DNA of 64,000 bases, taken from NCBI GenBank assembly GCA_002753335.1, contig PEAD01000007.1, positions 1 through 64,000 on the forward strand, in the 5' to 3' direction. The position numbers and the translations under genes were made by a program. Positions 60,036-64,000 of the stretch are shown one piece after another. This DNA comes from Nitrospirae bacterium MYbin3 (GTDB lineage: Bacteria > Nitrospirota > Thermodesulfovibrionia > Thermodesulfovibrionales > Dissulfurispiraceae). Every line of letters begins with the position of its first letter. The stretch's first letter is position 1. The notes under the pieces were generated by a model. That model did no database searches. It saw only the letters and a list, made by a program, of their open reading frames with translations, and had not been told where the DNA came from.

Positions 60036-60527
60036 TTATGTTTTTTTCAGTGTTTCGGATTTTTCGATTAGGCTTTGTCTGGTTTTCTCTCTGAACTTTT
60101 CAAGATTTTCTGCTATCGCAGGATATTTTATCGAAAGAATTGAACACGCAAGATACGCGGCGTTTTTAGCCCCGTCAATCGCTACGGTTGCAACCGGTAT
60201 TCCTGGAGGCATTTGTACTGTCGAGTAGAGGGCATCAACACCGCTTAAAGCTCCAGATTTCAAAGGCACGCCTATAACCGGTAATGTTGTGTGAGAGGCG
60301 ATTACTCCTGCAAGGTGCGCGGCCATACCGGCGCCAGCAATTATAACTTCGATTCCGCGTTCCCGTGCTGTTTTTGCGTATTGCGCTGTTTTGTCGGGCA
60401 GTCTGTGCGCCGAGCTAATATCCATCTTGTATTCAACGCCAATTTCTTTCAAAACCGCGGCCGCTTTTTCCATAACAGGCAGGTCACTGTCGCTTCCCAT
60501 GAGTATCCCGACAAGAGGTGCAGCCAT
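60036..60527 (-). CDS. purE: N5-CAIR mutase
   Basis: [37 protein letters not shown]. Confidence 0.96.
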   Translation of the reverse strand: MAAPLVGILMGSDSDLPVMEKAAAVLKEIGVEYKMDISSAHRLPDKTAQYAKTARERGIEVIIAGAGMAAHLAGVIASHTTLPVIGVPLKSGALSGVDALYSTVQMPPGIPVATVAIDGAKNAAYLACSILSIKYPAIAENLEKFREKTRQSLIEKSETLKKT

Positions 60528-60529
60528 TG

Positions 60530-61381
60530 CTATGCCCCCATCCTCATCGCTTCAAGTCTTGCAACCCTTTCTTCAATAGGCGGATGCGTGCTGAAGAGTT
60601 TTAGTATGCCGCCGCCGGTAAGCGGGTTTACGATGAACATATGAGAGGTTGCCGGGTTTGCGTCCAGCGGTATTCTCTGCGATGCCATTTCGAGTTTTTT
60701 CAGGGCATTTGCAAGATATCTTGGGTTGCCGCAGATCTTTGCGCCGCCTGCATCTGCTCCGTATTCTCTCGCTCTCGATATCGCCATCTGGACAAGCATT
60801 GCAGCTATCGGACCGACTATCATCATTACAATCGCGGCTATCGGGTTGCTGCTTCCTTCATCATCGTCGCTTCTGCCGCCGCCGAATATCGCTGCCCACT
60901 GAGCCATCTGCGCTATATAGCTTATTGCGCCGGCAATTGTTGCGGCTATAGTGCTGACAAGGATGTCTCTGTTTTTAATATGCGCGAGTTCGTGCGCTAT
61001 AACGCCTTCGAGTTCTTCACGGCTTAACAGTCTCATAATGCCTGTTGTCACGGCAACAGTCCCATGCTCAGGGTTTCTGCCCGTAGCAAAAGCATTTGGC
61101 TGGTCCTCATCCATTATACAGACACGCGGCATTGGAAGCTGAGCCCTGTGGCTTAGGCTTCTTACCATTGAATAAAGCTCAGGAGCTTCAGATTCGGTCA
61201 CCGGTTTTGCCCCGTACATCTTTAGCACGATTTTATCGCTGAACCAGTATGAGATAAAGTTCATGCCGAAGGCCATTATCAGCGCGAAGGTCATTCCTGT
61301 TTTACCGCCGATGGCTGCGCCCACAAGCACCAGCATTAGCGTAAGTGTTACCATTAAGGCCATTGTTTTGATTCCGTTCAT
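60530..61381 (-). CDS. htpX: Zinc metalloprotease HtpX
   Basis: [30 protein letters not shown] 61381 is 8 nt after AGGAGG. Confidence 0.95.
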   Translation of the reverse strand: MNGIKTMALMVTLTLMLVLVGAAIGGKTGMTFALIMAFGMNFISYWFSDKIVLKMYGAKPVTESEAPELYSMVRSLSHRAQLPMPRVCIMDEDQPNAFATGRNPEHGTVAVTTGIMRLLSREELEGVIAHELAHIKNRDILVSTIAATIAGAISYIAQMAQWAAIFGGGRSDDDEGSSNPIAAIVMMIVGPIAAMLVQMAISRAREYGADAGGAKICGNPRYLANALKKLEMASQRIPLDANPATSHMFIVNPLTGGGILKLFSTHPPIEERVARLEAMRMGA

Positions 61382-61407
61382 TTTCACTACCTCCTTTTTC
61401 CTAAATC

Positions 61408-61449
61408 AAAAAGACCTTTACCGCAAATATCTTGATGCGGTAAAGGTCT
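61408..61449 (-). terminator. Riboswitch-controlled intrinsic terminator
   Basis: Minus strand AGACCTTTACCGCA-loop-TGCGGTAAAGGTCT-TTTT; 5' arm overlaps the aptamer 3' strand. Confidence 0.85.
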
Positions 61450-61538
61450 CGCTTGTTAGTTTCAAACTAACTGATGGTACCGGCCGGTTTTTTTCCAGCG
61501 TGCTGACGATATCCATCAATTCAGCTACTCCCCTCTAC
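61440..61538 (-). ncRNA. yybP-ykoY (Mn2+-sensing) riboswitch aptamer
   Basis: Minus strand GUAGAGGGGAGUAGC..AUCGUCAGCACG..CCGG..AGCGAGACCUUUAC matches family hallmarks; P1 GUAGAGG/CCUUUAC; putative TTGACT-N18-TAAATT promoter upstream. Confidence 0.85.
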
Positions 61539-61676
61539 TTATTATTTAATTTAGCTTAAGGGCCTAAAACAAGTCAAGGTGAATCGTTGAGCTTTTCTCG
61601 TTATTTATGGCCATGTTATACTGCTTTAAGCTTATCTTTTTAACCAAACATTTTCCCGATGAGCTAAAAAAACAAA

Positions 61677-63062
61677 ATGATCGATGATTTCCTGCTAGAA
61701 AAACTTATGAAGAAAGCCCTTAAGCAAGGGGGCGACTATGCGGATATATTTGTTGAGCGCAGAGTTACCAGCGCTGTTCAGCTTGATGATAATCGCGTAG
61801 AAAAAGTTACCGGCGGCACTGATTCGGGTATAGGCATAAGACTTATCTATAATGGGAAAACAGCATATGCGTACAGCAATGACTTTTCTGAACAACTGCT
61901 TTTTGAGCTTGCCGACACCGTAAGTAAAATAGCCGCTGGAGACTCTCCGTCTGCAGCTGTGAATCTTAAGAAAATACGTCCCGAAAAAAAAATGGTTATA
62001 GCTTTGCCTCCTTCTGCGGTGTCGCTTAATTCAAAAGTAGATATAGTGGTGCGCGGCAACAATGTTGCGAGAAAAAGCGACAGCAGGGTTGTGCAGGCAA
62101 CTGTAATATACAGGGACTCTATTCAGCAGGTGAAAATCCTGACGTCAGAAGGAACGCTTTGTGAAGATGAGCGTGTATATACATTAGGGGTGGTACAGAT
62201 TGTTGCTGTATCAGACGGAATTGTGCAAACCGGATATGAGCCGGCAGGAGGGCATATTGGGTTTGAGCTTTTTGAAGGAGAGCTTATAGAAGAGCTTGCT
62301 GCAAAAGCGGTCAAAAGGGCAACAATGATGCTTAAGGCTGAACGCGCACCGGCCGGCAGGATGCCGGTAATAATCTCATCCGAGGCCGGAGGCACAATGA
62401 TCCACGAGGCTGTGGGCCATGGACTTGAAGCAGATCTTGTGCAGCAGGGGCTTTCGGTATATTCAAGCAAGAAGGGGCAGGAGATCGCCTCCCGAATCGT
62501 GACGGTTATAGATGATGCAACTATTCCGAACAAAAGAGGTTCATTTATTTTTGATGATGAAGGAACCCAATCCCAGAGGACTGTGTTGGTGAAAAATGGC
62601 GTACTGACAAGCTACATGTATGACAAATGGACATCAATTAAGGACAGTGTTTTATCAACAGGTAACGGCAGGCGGGAATCCTACGAAAGCAAACCTATAC
62701 CCAGAATGACAAATACATTTATAGAACGGGGAACTGCTTCGCCGGAAGAAGTTGTGAGTTCTGTTGATAGAGGTCTTTTTGTAAAAAAAATGGGCGGTGG
62801 ACAGGTAAATACCGTTACAGGGGATTTTGTATTCGATGTTCAGGAAGGGTACTTAATAGAAAATGGGGTTGTTAGTGAACCTGTCAGGGGAGCTACACTT
62901 ATTGGAAGCGGTCCGGATATTTTAAAATCTATAGATATGGTTGGCTCTGATATGGGTTTTTCTATAGGCACATGCGGAAAAGACGGACAGGGCGTTCCTG
63001 TTTCTGATGCTATGCCAACTTTGCGTATTCCTGAGATGGTGGTCGGTGGCGAAATCAAATGA
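61677..63062 (+). CDS. tldD: TldD/PmbA-family metalloprotease
   Basis: YADIFVE, HEAVGHGLEAD, DDEG, PRMTNT, CGKDGQ. Confidence 0.93.
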   Translation: MIDDFLLEKLMKKALKQGGDYADIFVERRVTSAVQLDDNRVEKVTGGTDSGIGIRLIYNGKTAYAYSNDFSEQLLFELADTVSKIAAGDSPSAAVNLKKIRPEKKMVIALPPSAVSLNSKVDIVVRGNNVARKSDSRVVQATVIYRDSIQQVKILTSEGTLCEDERVYTLGVVQIVAVSDGIVQTGYEPAGGHIGFELFEGELIEELAAKAVKRATMMLKAERAPAGRMPVIISSEAGGTMIHEAVGHGLEADLVQQGLSVYSSKKGQEIASRIVTVIDDATIPNKRGSFIFDDEGTQSQRTVLVKNGVLTSYMYDKWTSIKDSVLSTGNGRRESYESKPIPRMTNTFIERGTASPEEVVSSVDRGLFVKKMGGGQVNTVTGDFVFDVQEGYLIENGVVSEPVRGATLIGSGPDILKSIDMVGSDMGFSIGTCGKDGQGVPVSDAMPTLRIPEMVVGGEIK

Positions 63063-63155
63063 TTTTACAGCATTTTTTGTTGCAAAAAAAACACAGAATC
63101 GAATTTCAGCAACAACTCATTCCTGATAATTCATTGTTTTAAAACATGTTTATTT

Positions 63156-63172
63156 TTGGCATGCTACTTGCA
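63156..63172 (+). promoter_or_regulatory. Sigma54 promoter of lpxC
   Basis: TTGGCATGCTACTTGCA, near-consensus -24/-12, ending 14 nt before the lpxC ATG. Confidence 0.8.
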
Positions 63173-63186
63173 ATCTTTTGTTAGCT

Positions 63187-64000
63187 ATGAGATTGCAACG
63201 CACAATTAAAAAAGAGGTTGTATTCAGCGGAATAGGTCTGCACACAGGCAAGCAAGCTACTGTGAAAATCAAGCCTGCTGCGCGCGACACCGGAATCGTA
63301 TTTTATCGCACCGACAAAGGAGCCTTAATCAGGGCCAATATGGAGTCGGTAATAGACACCGCATTTGCGACAACTATAGGCGTTAACGGGGTAAAAATCA
63401 AAACTATAGAGCACATGCTTGCAGCAGCGGCTGGGCTCGGGATCGACAATCTTCTCGTAGAGGTGGATGGGCCGGAGATACCGGTGCTTGACGGCAGTGC
63501 TATTGAGCTTACCGAAATTCTTCTTGAAGCAGGGATAGCAAAGCAGGGCAAGAAAATGCCTTATATAAAAATATTGAAGCCGATAGTTTATGAAGATGCT
63601 CATTCGAGAGCTGTTGCAATACCTTTTGACGGCAGGCGCTTTTCATATTATATAAATTTCAGCCACCATATTCTTGGACAGCAAGAAATTACGATGGACC
63701 TGAACGAAACGAATTTTGTAAAAGAGGTAGCCCCTGCCAGAACTTTTGGTTTTCTAAAAGATGTTGAGATGCTTAGGGCTAACGGACTTGCCAAAGGCGG
63801 TTCGCTCGACAATGCGATAATAGTTGGAGAAAACGGTGTAATCAACAAATCAGGTCTTAGGTTCAAAGATGAGTTTGTAAGGCATAAACTTCTTGATTCT
63901 ATTGGGGATCTGTCTTTAATAGGCTACCCGATACAGGGGCATGTAATGCTTGAGAAGTCGGGGCATACAGCCAATCTGAATTTTCTGAAAAAACTTATTT
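63187..64000 (+). CDS. lpxC: UDP-3-O-acyl-GlcNAc deacetylase (3'-truncated by window edge; absent from the ORF track)
   Basis: MRLQRTIKK..GIGLHTG..TIEHMLAA..IDN..EIPVLDGSA..APARTFGF..GGSLDNA..RHKLLD..GH. Confidence 0.95.
   Translation, partial: MRLQRTIKKEVVFSGIGLHTGKQATVKIKPAARDTGIVFYRTDKGALIRANMESVIDTAFATTIGVNGVKIKTIEHMLAAAAGLGIDNLLVEVDGPEIPVLDGSAIELTEILLEAGIAKQGKKMPYIKILKPIVYEDAHSRAVAIPFDGRRFSYYINFSHHILGQQEITMDLNETNFVKEVAPARTFGFLKDVEMLRANGLAKGGSLDNAIIVGENGVINKSGLRFKDEFVRHKLLDSIGDLSLIGYPIQGHVMLEKSGHTANLNFLKKLI

Noticed and set aside
61263..61559. 98-aa plus-strand ORF
   Set aside because: Antisense to the htpX 5' end and the riboswitch; region explained by RNA structure

Overview
This is a gene-dense bacterial chromosomal segment of moderate GC, made mostly of housekeeping genes. 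Gene content and order suggest an anaerobic diderm such as Nitrospirota/Thermodesulfovibrionia or a deltaproteobacterium-like lineage; this is inference and was not verified. Main blocks in order: cysK(partial)-Sel1-tmk-holB-ricT-metG-radC; an inserted two-kinase signalling pair; IMP-cyclohydrolase-only purH plus purD; rpsU-yqeY-nif3-dnaG-rsmB-PASTA-rpe; a minus-strand run from ruvAB-queH-spoIID-queA-SPOR-phoH-HD-ybeY-dgkA to an ~11-heme cytochrome c and a sigma54 two-component system whose kinase carries CxxCH motifs; argD-argF-CBS-tsaE-nadK-TPR-udg-HIT; an orphan plus radical SAM pair; ALS-nadB; amtB-GATase-glnB-glnA; an MgtE-N/CBS plus NRAMP pair; rpsT; htpX-purE-zinc ribbon-P-type ATPase-purC-nitroreductase; tldD; lpxC(partial). 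I found no CRISPR array, tRNA, rRNA, transposase or prophage. The most interesting signals are non-coding or architectural: (1) a yybP-ykoY (Mn2+) riboswitch with terminator upstream of htpX-purE; (2) a candidate redox-sensing module of multiheme cytochrome, heme/Cys-motif kinase and sigma54 activator with TGCA-N4-TGCA sites; (3) four sigma54 promoters, three with distinct palindromic enhancer motifs; (4) apparently widespread leaderless genes; (5) a phoH reading frame that seems to need a non-canonical (ACG/ATT) start; (6) a nested CACAGAG/CTCTGTG inverted-repeat element. None can be called novel without database searches.
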